A stretch of DNA of 63,707 nucleotides, filler included, from Choristocarpus tenellus KU-1152 (GCA_964200185.2; 8 parts of 8 records of this genome joined end to end with filler, not necessarily neighbours in it); one strand, 5' to 3'. Shown: positions 1-12,290, numbered from the whole stretch's first letter. Notes: a model not told the origin generated them from the sequence alone. Numbers and translations are program-made.

Positions 1-315
1 CAGTGAATATACTCACGCAGTATTTGTAGTATTAATAGTATAGTCGTGGTGATCATTCTTCTTTTTTTATTATTATTTCAGTGAATATACTCACGCAGTA
101 TTTGTAGTATTAATAGTATAGTAGTGGTGATCACTCTTCTTTTTTTAATTATTATTGCAGTGAATATACTCACGCAGTATTTGTAGTATTAATAGTATAG
201 TAGTGATCACTCTTCTTTTTTTTATTATTATTGCAGTGAATATACTCACGCAGTATTTGTAGTATTAATAGTATAGTAGTGGTGATCACTCTTCTTTTTT
301 TTATTATTATTGCAG
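1..315. repeat. Tandem minisatellite, about 75-80 bp unit, 4 copies
   Basis: Unit cagtgaatatactcacgcagtatttgtagtattaatagtatag...gatcactcttc(t)n-attattattg restarts at 1, 79, 159 and 234. Confidence 0.95.
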
Positions 316-649
316 CGATTAAGGCCTTGGTGGAAGGGGGGATAGTGTCTGAAGGTCTGTTGTTGGAGTTAGGGCTAGGGTTAGAGTGAGCGGGTACATG
401 TAAGTACGTGTAGTTCTTCAGTGCAGGATAAGGTGTACCTTTGTGATACCTCTGTAGGAAGAACAAGAATAACAGGAAGAATGAAAGTGAAAGGCAAGGA
501 CGAGGTATCGGAGAGTGATACGAGGTGATGTCCGTTGAGACCAAGGGTTTCTTATTCCTTAGGCATTTCTAAAAAAACTGTATCAAAATCAGTCGATTAA
601 TCAAACTGTGTTGAACATAACATCTTAGTTTGGGTTGTGTAAGAGTCCA

Positions 650-814
650 GGCTCAACGTATCTAGGGGGAGGCGGGGGGGAGGGGGGGTCTACTCCAAGG
701 TGTCCATTTGGGCCCTGACCGGGAAAAGTGCACTAACATTATCCATCCGACACATGCAACCAAATCACACAAAAATTGCGACATGGAAAAATGTGCCCCA
801 AAATGGACAGCCGC
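650..814 (+). mobile_element. MITE family A copy, right TIR missing
   Basis: Starts ggctcaacgtatct, then a G-tract, gtccatttgggccctgacc and ...ccccaaaatggacagccgc. Matches full copies at 12885 and 14830. Confidence 0.85.
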
Positions 815-1583
815 TTCATCTGTGAGGGGACAGTATCTCCGCAAGTATCCTCCTGTGATTAAGTAATGTCTGGCTTGACAAGAGAGTCGGGTGTTGTGGT
901 GGTAAAACTCTAGGTGAAATTCATTGGGAAGGCTTTGTTGAACAGTGAACAACAGCGTGCGTGTGAGAACTAACTAGCCTGTGGTGAATCCACAGCACGA
1001 TGGGATGGTTGTCTGTCAAGGGCTGAGTTGAGTGCTAAGAATGGTTTGAGCCTAGAGCTTGTACTTCGCTTGAGGAAGGCGTTATCTTGTTGGTTGTTTG
1101 TGATAGTAGTAGCGGACCAAAAGGTTTTTGGGGTAGTACGACATGCTTGGTGTTGTATGCTAAGTATATACCCTAAAAGTGATTGTCGTTCTTCAATAAT
1201 AATCAACGTGGTTTTTTTGTTTTTGTCAGGTGTGTGTGTATTTTTTTATTGTTGTATTTTATTTTTTACCTCATCGTATCATTGCTATTTCCGTAGTACT
1301 GTTATTTAACCGTTATTATTATTATTATTATTATTGGATGTCGCTCCAAACCAGTACACAGTTTTTGTCATATAGAGATAACGTGTAGAACTTTCCCGTA
1401 ATAATAAATAATAATATTATATTTTATCGTTATTGTTACTATTATTATTACTATTATTATTATCAGTTCTTTTTTTTAGTCGTCGAGAATAAAAAAGGTA
1501 CGCTTGAAATCACAGAGTATCAAAAAAAGATACTTCCACCGTGATGTGTTGCCTGTACCCGTACCCTTTTTTGTCACTGTGAG

Positions 1584-4034
1584 GTGGGTGTTGTGGTATG
1601 ACAATTCGAAACTCAAGAAGGTCACGGAGACTTGGGAGGACAACCTGAAGCGGATTATGGAGTTCGACACCGTGGAAGGCTTCTGGAGCCTGTTCAACAA
1701 CATACTACCTCCTAGCTTGATCACTGTGAGTTTTTTTTAAAAACTTTTTTCTGACATTTTTTTTTTTAACTTTATGGTTGAGTGTTTTCTGTTATTAGTA
1801 TCATTTCTTGGCATCTATCTGTGTCTAACGACAGACCACCTTACTAACATCTATCTGTACAGTGTGTTTGTTGAAATCCAGAACGTGTAGAATACCATTA
1901 AATAAATATAAATATATATATATATATATTATTCTGGGAGTGGTGATTGGTCGATAGGGTTACACACGTTTTTTTTTAATTTGGTTATATTTTTTTGTAT
2001 GAACAAGTATAGTATGATAGTACTTGGGTGTTGTATGCCTTGCCCTAACGATAAGCTTAGGACTCTTTATTGGTAAAAACTTCACTTTGAAGTATGTTGA
2101 CAACCCTCTGTAAGCTTGTTCGATGATCTTTTCGTAACCTCTCCTTCGAGATTGTTTGAAATATATTGTATACTATTACTGTATTATTGTATCATTGTAA
2201 TTGTCTTTATTATTATTATTATTATTATTATTCAAGTAGTAATAGTGTGAGGTGGTCTAATGTTTTGTAGTATCCTGTGTCCAATTTCTGGTGCTATTGG
2301 GTTCTGTCATAATCTATTTATTGATTTATATATATATATATATAGATTTAGATTTAGATTTATGTATGTTTTATAATCCAGAGTTGGATGATGTGTCCGT
2401 TTTGTTTTTTTGTGCCTTGATATTTTAACTTTTAGGGGATTTATGCATGCTACTATTGCTGTTGTCTGTCACTATCAGTGCTTTAGTTTTTTTCAATCAG
2501 TTATTCACTGCGCTAGAATAGTTAAATATATGTATATAATATTATATAATAATAATAATAATAATAATATATATTATACACTTAATGTACGTAAATGACT
2601 CCCGTGTTGAAGAAAATTGTTTTTTCAATGAGTCAAGAACAGAAGGGCTACTCATGGGTACAACCCCGACGACAGAGAACGGGTGCGTCATCATCTCCCA
2701 AGGGGTGACAAGCATTGAATCCTTGAAGGAGGCGCAAGTCCGGTAGGGGTATGGGAGGAGAGTTACTTAAGAACAATATTGAAATTGGAGTTACTTAAGA
2801 ACAAGAACAAAAACAAGAAGCCGCTGTTTCACCAAGGTGTGACCAACTAATTACATGGGTACATGGGTGTCGAGGTGGAAGGGTATGGGGAAGAGGAGCG
2901 GAGACGGACTCAAGAGAGCCGGTGCATTCGTGTCGATATTCAGTTGGTACCGAGATCGTTGGATGCTCGTTGTGACAGAACTGTTCTCATTACCGTTCGT
3001 GAAGTCGTGTTTTCCGATGGAACAGTTCTTGTTCCTATCCCCTGAACTTTTTTTTTTAATTCTGGTACGATGTTCCTTACTACTATTCCTGAAGCTCATG
3101 TTCCGAAGATGAGAACCGTTCTTATTCCTATCCGCTCCCCCCCCCCCCCCAATTGCTTTTTTTTCTGATAGAAACTGTTCTGTTCTTGTTTATTATTCCT
3201 CAACTCGTGTCCCGGAAAAGAACTTTCTCTTAGACATACACGTAGGCATATTTTTATATTTATATATTTATATATGTATATCCACCCATTCCGCCAGCAG
3301 TGCTGTGACTTTTTGGTAGGAACTGACTAACCTCTTCGTGTACACTTGTTCTTTTTTATGTTTATTGTCAAAAAATATATGTAAATATATATATATAGAC
3401 TCCCCACTGATGACTATTGACTGAGAGACTGGCCAATCATTCGAGAGAGAACTATTTGAAATTGTATTCCACATTACAATACTTTATTACACGGAACAGG
3501 AGATCTATGTATCCTTATCCTGACACCTCCCTCTGCCCGTAACAGATAATCCTTTTATTATAGAAAACCTATCCCTTTCATTAATACAGTAATAAAATAG
3601 GTGTTTTTTTGCTTTGTTTTTTATTATTACTAGTTCTAGTACTACATATGGCACTAATATTAGTACTAATATGTAAGTTCCTGTTGGCTTCTGTTTTTCC
3701 TTGTTCTTGCTGGTCTGAAGTGGTACATGTGGAGGTTAGTTCGTGTTTTAATGTGGGTGAGACCAAACCTCCTTGCCTTGATGTAGCCTGCCTACAGGAA
3801 TACATTAACGGCTCTATTTTACTGTAGGATCTTGTGCAGTTCATTCAGGTTGTTAACACCCCTCTATATCACAGCAGTCTGAGGTCTCTTTTTTTTTTAA
3901 AGCAGGTTATTGTTTTTTATTCTTTTTTTTTTTTAACATTCAGCATGTTTTGTGGTTGGAGTCAGGTTGGTAGCAACTACAGCGTGTTCAAGGATGGTAT
4001 CAAGCCCATGTGGGAGGACAAGGCCAATTTTAAG
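1584..4034 (+). CDS. eIF4E: Translation initiation factor 4E (class I-like), two internal exons, partial
   Basis: Exon 1584-1725 encodes WVLWYDNSKLKKVTETWEDNLKRIMEFDTVEGFWSLFNNILPPSLIT. Exon 3966-4034 encodes VGSNYSVFKDGIKPMWEDKANFK. They join in phase 0 and both have GTGAGT donors. Diagnostic eIF4E motifs are present (WxLWYD, TVExFW, FKxGIKPMWED). Confidence 0.95.
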
Positions 4035-4344
4035 GTGAGTGTTTTTGTATGTCATTTGTATGACGTGTTTGGCCCCCCTCATTGCTCTTGCGCTGGAGTG
4101 GTAGACAGTAAGGGTTAGGGTTTGGACTGCAGTCCAGCCGGATAAGAGCCTCTTCCATTGGTATTAAGACCTGTCCAGGACCTTGGAAACCCTACGAGCC
4201 CTTTTTTTTCTCACCCTACTCTTCCTGGAAAATGCCCGTCAGTCACATCAACCCCTGAAGTATTGTGACCTGTTGGAGAGCTTCTCTGTGAAAAAAATAA
4301 ATCAACGGGGTTGGACCAGGGCCCCTTAGTGCCTTTAAAGGGTT

Positions 4345-4440
4345 AGGGATGGGATCGGGATGGGATCGGGATGGGATGGGTATGACATGTTTTGACAGGG
4401 CTGGGCTGGGCTGGGCTGGGCGGGGCTGGGCTGGGCTGGG
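4345..4440. repeat. (GGGAT)n and (GGGCT)n pentamer microsatellites
   Basis: Visible gggatgggatcgggatgggatcggg and gggctgggctgggctggg runs; G-quadruplex-capable. Confidence 0.85.
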
Positions 4441-4601
4441 TCTCAGCTTTTTCAGACTGGGCATGATGGTTTGCATACTATCGTTGGGTGGTGAATATAG
4501 ATACAGATATGAATATGATTCTATGATGTCATGTGTGGTTCATGCATGTTGCGTGCGGTAATGTACTATGGTGTACACTGTGTAGTACTGTACATTAAAA
4601 T

Positions 4602-5010
4602 CTGGGCCTTTTACCTGTCTGAAGTATGAAAAGGTATGTTCCCGTCTGCTCGTTGGACCAGTCCCGCAATTTTCTGACGTGTTGTGGTCCCTGTCCACAG
4701 GGTGTTGTACCAATCCGTGTCCGCAAGCTGAATCAGGTTTGAGATTGTCTCAACACTTCCAAACCATGTCGACTGGGTGTTGTACCAGTTTGTGTCTTCC
4801 AGCTGGACTGGGGTCTGAGATTGTCGAACATGTCCGGACCATGTCCACTGGGTGTTGTACCAGTCCGTGTCCGCCATGTGGACCGGGGTCTGAGATTGTT
4901 GAACATGTCCGGACCATGTCCACTGGGTGTTGTACCAGTCCGTGTCCGCCATGTGGACCGGGGTCTGAGATTGTTGAACATGTCCGGACCATGTCCACTG
5001 GGTGTTGTAC
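4602..5010 (+). repeat. 75-bp tandem array at the end of a dispersed element (family D), cut by the linker
   Basis: gggtctgagattg restarts at 4811, 4886 and 4961, with a diverged copy from about 4736. The ORF track shows a 25-aa periodicity. Confidence 0.9.
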
Positions 5011-5110
5011 NNNNNNNNNNNNNNNNNNNNNNNNNNNNNNNNNNNNNNNNNNNNTTAATTAATTAANNNNNNNNNNNNNNNNNNNNNNNNNNNNNNNNNN
5101 NNNNNNNNNN
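5011..5110. other. Artificial contig linker N44-TTAATTAATTAA-N44
   Basis: 100-nt spacer with stop codons in all six frames; seven identical copies in the window. Confidence 0.98.
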
Positions 5111-5111
5111 T

Positions 5112-5167
<56 letters not shown>

Positions 5168-5329
5168 GGGGGGGGGGGGTCTAGACCAGGGTGTCAATTC
5201 GGGCCATGATCAGGAGAAGTGCACTTACATTATCCATCCTATGCACGCAACCAAATCACCCAAAATATGCAACATGGAAAAATGGGCCCCGAATGGACAG
5301 TCGCCACCCCCCCCAAGATACTTTGAGCC
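5111..5329 (+). mobile_element. MITE family A copy, left end lost in poly-G/linker
   Basis: Ends ...gaatggacagtcgccacccccccc-aagatactttgagcc. Confidence 0.9.
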
Positions 5330-6295
5330 TCACAATGCTTGTGTTGTGCCGAAGGCCCAAGAAAACCCGGCTAGGATGATGGCTGGCAGCGATTGTGAAG
5401 GTGGGAAAGACATTTGGAGAGAACATGTGTGAGTTGAATATAGAAATCATGTCCCTTTCTATCTCCCTAGAAGACTGTACACAGTGTGCAAAACTGGATT
5501 TTGGACCAGAGCTCCAAGTAGACTGACAAGAACTTTGGAGCCACGGTCAGGGATGATGCTGATAGTCATCACTGAGATCAATGGCCCCGATTCAAAAATC
5601 TTCGAGTTGTCTCGCACGTACACACAAGTATTTTGTGACAAAACTACAGGCAATTTCTTGAGCTTGAGGATTAAATGCTTGAGGGTAGAGTACATGAGAT
5701 TCTGTTGTATTGTTGTGGGACATGGACACTCCGCCATGTCTACTATATGATCCTTCATTCCCACCATCTCAGAGTCCTCCTACACTGCATCTAATTTTCA
5801 AGTAGGAATACGCTGATCTTACACTGTCCTACAAAGATGCCCTTGTGAAGACTGGGTGCAACAGTATTGAGGCGACTCTGTAAAAGCAGAGACCTTTGTT
5901 TGCAGGTTCAGTTGAACACAGGACGAGAAACTCTCCCAACACTGTTTATGTTCATGGAACTTGCAGTTGGAAACCCGGAGAGCAAGGTGGACAGATGAAG
6001 AACCGGTGGATGAGTCTGCAAGACGATCTTGAGAACTTTGGGTTAATAATCAAAGGATGAAATACAAAGACAACAAGCCAAGTCTGGTGGTATGCTCAAG
6101 TGATTTTTGGAACAAGAGCTTTAGGGACAAGTGCCATGCCAGAGGAGGTCGAGATAGCTGACATATATCATACTAAAGCAGCAACCAAATCAGCCTAAGT
6201 AGACCGGGGCTTGTGCAAACTTACCACTGTCTGCTGAATGTTCCTTTTTGCTTTGGCCTTTTTCCTTTAGGGTTGATTTCTTGGTGTCGCTCTTT

Positions 6296-6450
6296 GGGTC
6301 AAAATATCTGGGGGGGAGGGGAGATCTTTACCAGGGTGTCCATTCAGGCCCTGACCAGGAGAAGTGTACTTATATTATCCACCCGACACAATAAACCAAA
6401 TCACCAAAAAATCTCAACATGGAAAAATGGGCCCCGAATGGACAGCCGCC
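6296..6450 (+). mobile_element. MITE family A copy, right TIR missing
   Basis: gggtcaaaatatct, G-tract, gtccattcaggccctgaccagg...gaatggacagccgcc. Confidence 0.85.
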
Positions 6451-7012
6451 TTTCCTTTGTGTAATTCATAAAGAGTGGTGTTCAGATGAACAGTAGTAAT
6501 GTTTGACATTGACGGACCGGATGGAATACTGAATTTTTCTTTTCCTCATTTTTCCCGTACGTAGGAATCAGTGATGTTGATGACGTTAATGATGTCCGTC
6601 CCAGCAATTGGGTGCTAGTGCATAGGTTTTCTTGGCTGCCCTTCTTATCTCCCTTGAGTTTTTCTCCTCTCATCTTCTATGTGTTTTATGTTTTGTTGAG
6701 AATGTGTTGGAGCTATTCCTCTCATTAACTGTTCGCCATGGGTTCTGGACCCCTCAGGCTAATGTGAATACAATAGTTATGTTGGGTTGAGAACTTGCAG
6801 AAAGAGCCATATTTAGTATGAACTCTTCCAATCGTATTTGAGATCACCAGCATGTACTAATGTAGATGGGTAGTGCTGCAGGATCAATCGCCAATAGTCT
6901 ATGGCAAAAATGGCACAAATGAAACCGAATAATAAGAGTTCCAAATTCTGTACTTAGAGCCTAAGGGAAATCAACTTCTGGAAAATGTTTTGTACATTGA
7001 TGCTCATCCAGT

Positions 7013-7273
7013 GAGTGAAAGCATCTCAGAGAGTACGAGTTTTGCTCTGTTTGTCCGTATGGGGCTTGGTTTACCACGAGTTATTTATGGCATTTTACCT
7101 ACTCCAAAATGTTTCAGAGTAGGTAAAATATATACGTTATGAAAGAAGGTGTGCCTGGGACAAGGGTATTGATGCTTCCTAACTAACGCAATAGCCAAAA
7201 TTACATCAAAATCGCAACATCGGATTTTGGCTCCCAAACGGACGCGGCTCTACCCTCTAAGATACTTTGGCTC
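7013..7273 (+). mobile_element. MITE family B, full copy (261 bp)
   Basis: TIRs gagtgaaagcatctcagagag / ccctctaagatactttggctc; flanks agt/agt. Confidence 0.9.
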
Positions 7274-7656
7274 AGTGTTTGTAATGATTCGCTCTATCTT
7301 TCCAATCTCACCTTTCCTTGTGTTTTGTATCTACGCTATCACCTTTTGCAGAGATTCAGAGGACAGTAATTCAGCAAAGCAAGGTTTTGACTGTTGCACC
7401 CAAACATAGTGAGTGCACCATCATGGTGTTGAGTAATCTCAACTTCAGAGTTGAGCTCCATTGCCTGGTGTATGTATAGGTCTAGACTAAGAGTCTGCAC
7501 ATATTTCTGGTAGGTGTTCTACCCTTTATGAAGAAAAGGGAGATTGACTTCCCTCCTAGCCCATGCCATGATCACAGAGGAGTTCTACCACTTTGTCACC
7601 ATAGTCACAATAGAGGGTCACAGCACAGCAATGATGATGCCACAGTGCCATGCAGA

Positions 7657-8027
7657 TGGGAGCCACCCCTGCTTGGGGAACCACCCCCCCTATAATGGGG
7701 GCCAGAAACACGTGTGGCAATCCCATGGTGAATGTGGATGTCAGGTACCTTAACTTTCACTTAATCTACTTGACAAAAAAAAAGATGGATCCCTGGGTCA
7801 TTGTGCCACAAAACCAGATAGAAAATAGAAAAATGGGATGTGGCTCCTTTTTTTCTATCTCTGTTTGTGGTACATGGACCGACCGATTCATTATTTTTGT
7901 GTAAAGTGAAGGATATCAGGCGCAAGTTAGGGCACTTTGACAAGGACATTCATGACGTGATGATTCCCACACGAATTTCTGACCACCTCAATAGGGTAGG
8001 TGGTTCCCCAAGGAAGTGTGGCTCCCA
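7657..8027. mobile_element. Fold-back (imperfect palindrome) element, about 370 bp
   Basis: Ends tgggagccac / gtggctccca. cttggggaaccacc (7672-7685) is the exact reverse complement of 7999-8012. Inner arms around 7803-7825 and 7850-7873 also pair. Confidence 0.8.
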
Positions 8028-9312
8028 CAAATATTGCAACAGGACAGCTGATGTTTGCTGGGATCCAGTTAGGTCCACTCACCGGGCTTCCCTCTCCAGT
8101 GATACAGTCCTCTCAAGTCCCTCATACTTGGTCCAGGCGCTTCTTAGCTCTCCCAGGCAGCGTCGCGAAAATGAGTTTTCCTTTGTGGAAAATTGTGCAT
8201 TTGAAGACTTCATGAGGTATTGCACTTGGACCTGTGAATGGAGAGGCGGTGAAGTGTAACAGGTTACAGGCAGGGAATGGAGGAGGGTAGTCCTTAGAGG
8301 GTGTCCTTGGAGAGAGTACTTCTGAGAGCTTGTGTTGTTGTCTCAAGTGCTTTTCACCAGTTATACAGGGGTGCTCTATCCAGTGAGGGTACCCATTTGA
8401 TGGCAAACAAATAAGGTATTTGAAGCTCTATAGAGAGTATGGAATTGGCATGGGGGGGAAAGAGGAGCATGTACCACATATCCTCTCTAGAATCTACTTT
8501 GTCTGAGATACTCACCTGCTACAGGGACTTGCTTCCGTATCCAACTAGGCCCTACACTTGAGATCTAAGTTTTTGACAGGTGAAGGTTAAATGGTCGTGA
8601 CTAGACAATATATCTCTTCCACCTTGACTTGGGACTGCTCCTTCATCCATTGTCGAATATCTTAACTGTGCAGTAGAAGGTGGATTAAATTGATTACTAC
8701 ATTGGGATCTCCTTCTACTCTGGAATGCCGGCTGTACTTTGCTGGGTCACTGCCCCACCACTGAATTATTACCTTCACATATTATACATATGTAATTCTA
8801 GTTCATGACAGTACAAGAGAAACATATCAGAGAACTTGAACTTTGCAATGTCTAAAGGTTGAACTCAAGAAGGGAACTCTTGATATTTTCTTACCATGCG
8901 TACAGCAGAATGCAAAGATCAATTGTAATAGACAGAGTGGGATAGGGCAATTGATATTCCTTGATTCAAAATTACTGTGCTTGATCCCTTTAACAATCCA
9001 ACATTTTTTTTTTCTCGACATTCCTGTACTGAAGTCTAGGTGGATATCTGGTTGGTGTGTTTACAATGAGGGGTGAGGAATTGTCTATTCTCTGGTTAGA
9101 ACTTCTCAATACTATACCTCCTCGAGTAGGGAAAATGCAATGCTGAGTGCAACATCCTTGGCTGTGACACATGCATACACACGGTTCTTCAGATCCACAA
9201 TCAGATGCACGGCCAGCTTCGATCCCCGAGCAGTATAGCGGCCATCAGGAAGGATGGGTGAACTTGGTTCTAGGAGAAGCTGCAACAAGTAAGAAGGGAG
9301 ATATGTTTGATT

Positions 9313-10035
9313 TTAATACAATATTTTTTTCAATGAGGAAAACCCACAGCAGGACTTGTACGTATCCAACACAACCCGTCCATCACCTTGGTCAACTGGC
9401 ATCTCATCACGTGAGTCAAGTATCTTTTTGTGCCACTGTTCACTTGCCTTTTTGACAAGGGATTTAGCCTCCTCCCCACCAGTTGGCGCAAATCCTGCCA
9501 GAGCAACAGCGATCCCATTCAAGAATATACCGACAAACGCTATTCGAGGTGGTTGGTTCGTGCTTCTCCTTCCCGATACAGACCTTGGTAGATTATACCT
9601 ACTTTCCTGGATCAAGCTAGAGTCCTCTGCCTTTTTCTCCAGACCTTCAATTCTGGACATCTCCGCCGCAGCCCTCTGCCGAGAGAGTGCAATACGACTT
9701 TGTAGTGTGGTGGGTGGTGCTGGCGAATTTGACGTATCACCCTTCTTGCCTTTGCTCCCCACACTTATTCTTGGCACACGGCCACTTAGAAATGAAGAAA
9801 ATCTTCCCCAGGTACCGGGTTGTGGTAATCTCTCATTGCAATCAATTTTCTTGCCACCAGTTGCCACGATACTTATGCAGTCGTCTACTGATTCTATGCC
9901 ATCCTGCCGTGTTTCCAGGGCAGTGTACGTATTGGTCCCCTCCTGCTTGATGATGAGTCGCGATTGGCCCTCTGGCTTTGATCGCAGTGGACTCTTCGGC
10001 TCTGACCATCACGGTGCCTCTACTCTGGGCTTCAT
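9313..10035 (-). pseudogene. Decayed intronless ORF of unknown origin, about 240 codons
   Basis: The 184-aa ORF 9313-9867 extends in frame to an ATG at 10035 (MKPRVEAP*WSEPKSPLRSKPEGQ...) with one TGA at 10011-10009. No recognisable domain. Confidence 0.45.
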
Positions 10036-10166
10036 GCCATGATCTATGCTTCTATTTATAATTAGAAGGCTTAAAATATCTTCCTAAAGAAACTGTGGAG
10101 GTTTGCACTAGGGGACACCACACGACTGTTTCAAACGTTACAAAATAGCATGAGGAACAAAATCAA

Positions 10167-10709
10167 TTGTGGGACTATACATACCCCATTCCATCTCTTC
10201 GGTCTTCGCACGGAATGCACTTGGCATCTGACGATGACATCAAACGCTCGCTTCACCTGGCTGACAACAGCTACTATCAGAGACGAGCAGAGAAGCTTGC
10301 TCAAAAACGAGATTCGCGGACCAGGGCCTTAAAAATACTGCAGGGGAAGCATAGCAATGAAGAAAAATCGTAAGTCGTGTTCGTAGAGACTCTTCCCACC
10401 GAGTGAGAAATTTCTAATGCATCCTGCAAGTCTTGAAGTCGGCGAAGGAACGTCGGGTATATTCTGCCTTCAGGGTGACCACGTCTCTGGTCTAGCTCAA
10501 TGTCCAACATGATTTTCCTGGGATCTATCTATCCTCTACCAATGCACAGGCTTCGATGCGCTGGGGAAGACAAAAAAAACACAGGGATAATCCGGAGAGC
10601 TAAGGAGATGGAGGAGATGCTAGAAGGAGTGACGAGAGAGGAGCTGGCAGATGAGGACGTGGTGAGGTGGAAAAATTCTGACATAACAAGACACCCCGCA
10701 ATATCGTAA
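10167..10709 (+). pseudogene. Decayed intronless ORF of unknown origin, about 180 codons
   Basis: ORFs 10167-10373 and 10500-10709 share a frame and are separated by one TAA and three TGA codons. Charged, helical-looking protein. Confidence 0.4.
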
Positions 10710-12014
10710 CCCTTGTCCAGTCCTATCATTTCCCCCCCTAGCTAACCACTCACATTGAACTTCTAATTTGTGGCTATGACTTCTCTACCTTCGTAATAAT
10801 TCGAATCAACTCGTATCGCTCAGTTAAACGGGACGCTACGTGCGTTTTGGAGCACTTTGAATTCTGATCTCCTCGCACCGGGTACTTTTTCAAGTGTTTA
10901 CCAGTGTAACAGTGGTCAATATGGTTGCGGTTTGATCACCCAGGTCAAGGGAAAAAGAAAATGAGCCCAGGACGAGTATATGCCCTGTAGTTGGTGATGT
11001 GGTATTGGGCAAGCAAAGTATACTGAACTGAGGAAAGTAAACTACCATGCATAAGCTGACCTGGGTGGAATGTGAGAAATGCATGGTATTGCATATGCAC
11101 CTATGGCTCCCGCAAGTCATTACTGCTCATTTGAAGTGACAGAGCAATTTTAGGCCGCATACAGCTGTCACATCAAGGCGAAAGCAATATGTCCTATGGT
11201 TAGATGGGGCCTATTGCAGACACTGCGAGATTCATTCATATGAGCCCACATGTGACAGTCGGACCAAAGATAGGTATTTGGGAATCGCTTTCCAATCATT
11301 TCTGCATTCCATGCTGTGTAGGACTCTCGTCTCCACCTTGCCCTCACTCCAGAGGGATTCGGAACTCTGAGGGCGGCCACAGATCGTCACCTGCGTCGTT
11401 TCCAAGACAAAGAGTTTCACATTGTGCCACGGCGCATTATGATGCAGATTCAGGTAGGAAAACGTTTGAAGCAGTCACATCACTGCATTTTCATATCTCC
11501 ATCTATGCATGTAGTCAATTAATAGTACAAAACAATGAAGTTCTCCCTTCGTTACACATGTTCATAAACTTCAAATGTGTGGACTCAATGGAAAGTTATC
11601 CAGGATGGGCATAGCATTCCAGGCTCATCTTGTGTCCCATTCCTCCCTGTGCTTCAAATTTTCATGTCAACTTCCCGACGATGAAGAGAAGACATCTTCC
11701 TCAACAGCGATATGCAATGTCCTCAGCAAACATAATCAGACAAACACATGGCAGGAGAGAGATGCATGTGTGGTAGAGCAGTGCCTGAGTGCTCTGTACT
11801 TCCACACCTACAATAACAAAAATGTGCGTAAAGTGTGTTGGTTTTCTGTGGGAATGTAATGTGCAGTAGTCTGTTATTCGCAGGATCAATCAGTACACAC
11901 TTGTATTGATCCTCAATTTTGGGGGTCGGAGTTCACATTGAAAATTAACTTAGGAACCTCCAGATTTTATTCTAATTAGTCTGCTTCACAACAACGTATA
12001 ATTATAATGAACTT

Positions 12015-12140
12015 GATCCAAAGTATCTGAGGGGGGGTTGCTGCTGTCCATTTGGGGTCAATTTTTTCATGCCGCCATTTTTGGATGATTCGGTTGCATG
12101 CGTCGGATGGATAATGTAAATCCACTTTTCCTGATTTTGG
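12015..12140 (-). mobile_element. MITE family A copy, cut by linker
   Basis: gatccaaagtatctgagggggg...ctgtccatttgggg...ggttgcatgcgtcggatgg. Confidence 0.9.
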
Positions 12141-12240
12141 NNNNNNNNNNNNNNNNNNNNNNNNNNNNNNNNNNNNNNNNNNNNTTAATTAATTAANNNN
12201 NNNNNNNNNNNNNNNNNNNNNNNNNNNNNNNNNNNNNNNN
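12141..12240. other. Artificial contig linker
   Basis: N44-TTAATTAATTAA-N44. Confidence 0.98.
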
Positions 12241-12250
12241 GTTGCGGTGG

Positions 12251-12290
<40 letters not shown>

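Noticed and set aside
1-5010. CRISPR-like arrays at 1-315 and 4736-5010
   Set aside because: Units repeat in full with no unique spacers, no cas genes are present, and the context is eukaryotic.
4611-5066. Repeat-protein ORFs with a 25-aa period
   Set aside because: Open on both strands in several frames because the unit is 75 bp; no splice or domain support.
5055-5066. Recurrent TTAATTAATTAA palindrome as a biological site
   Set aside because: Always centred in exactly 44+44 N; it is a six-frame-stop assembly spacer.
5111-5179. Long poly-G tracts here and at 12250, 60306 and 63668 as special elements
   Set aside because: They sit at contig ends or in MITE arms; their length is unreliable and may reflect sequencing artefact.
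5459-5767. GIY-YIG (Penelope-like) endonuclease relic, VYV-ETTRR on the minus strand
   Set aside because: Needs an assumed frameshift and lacks the other motifs; not distinguishable from chance by eye.
9356-10042. 228-aa plus-strand ORF
   Set aside because: Most likely the antisense shadow of the minus-strand decayed ORF; S/L/P-rich with no domain.
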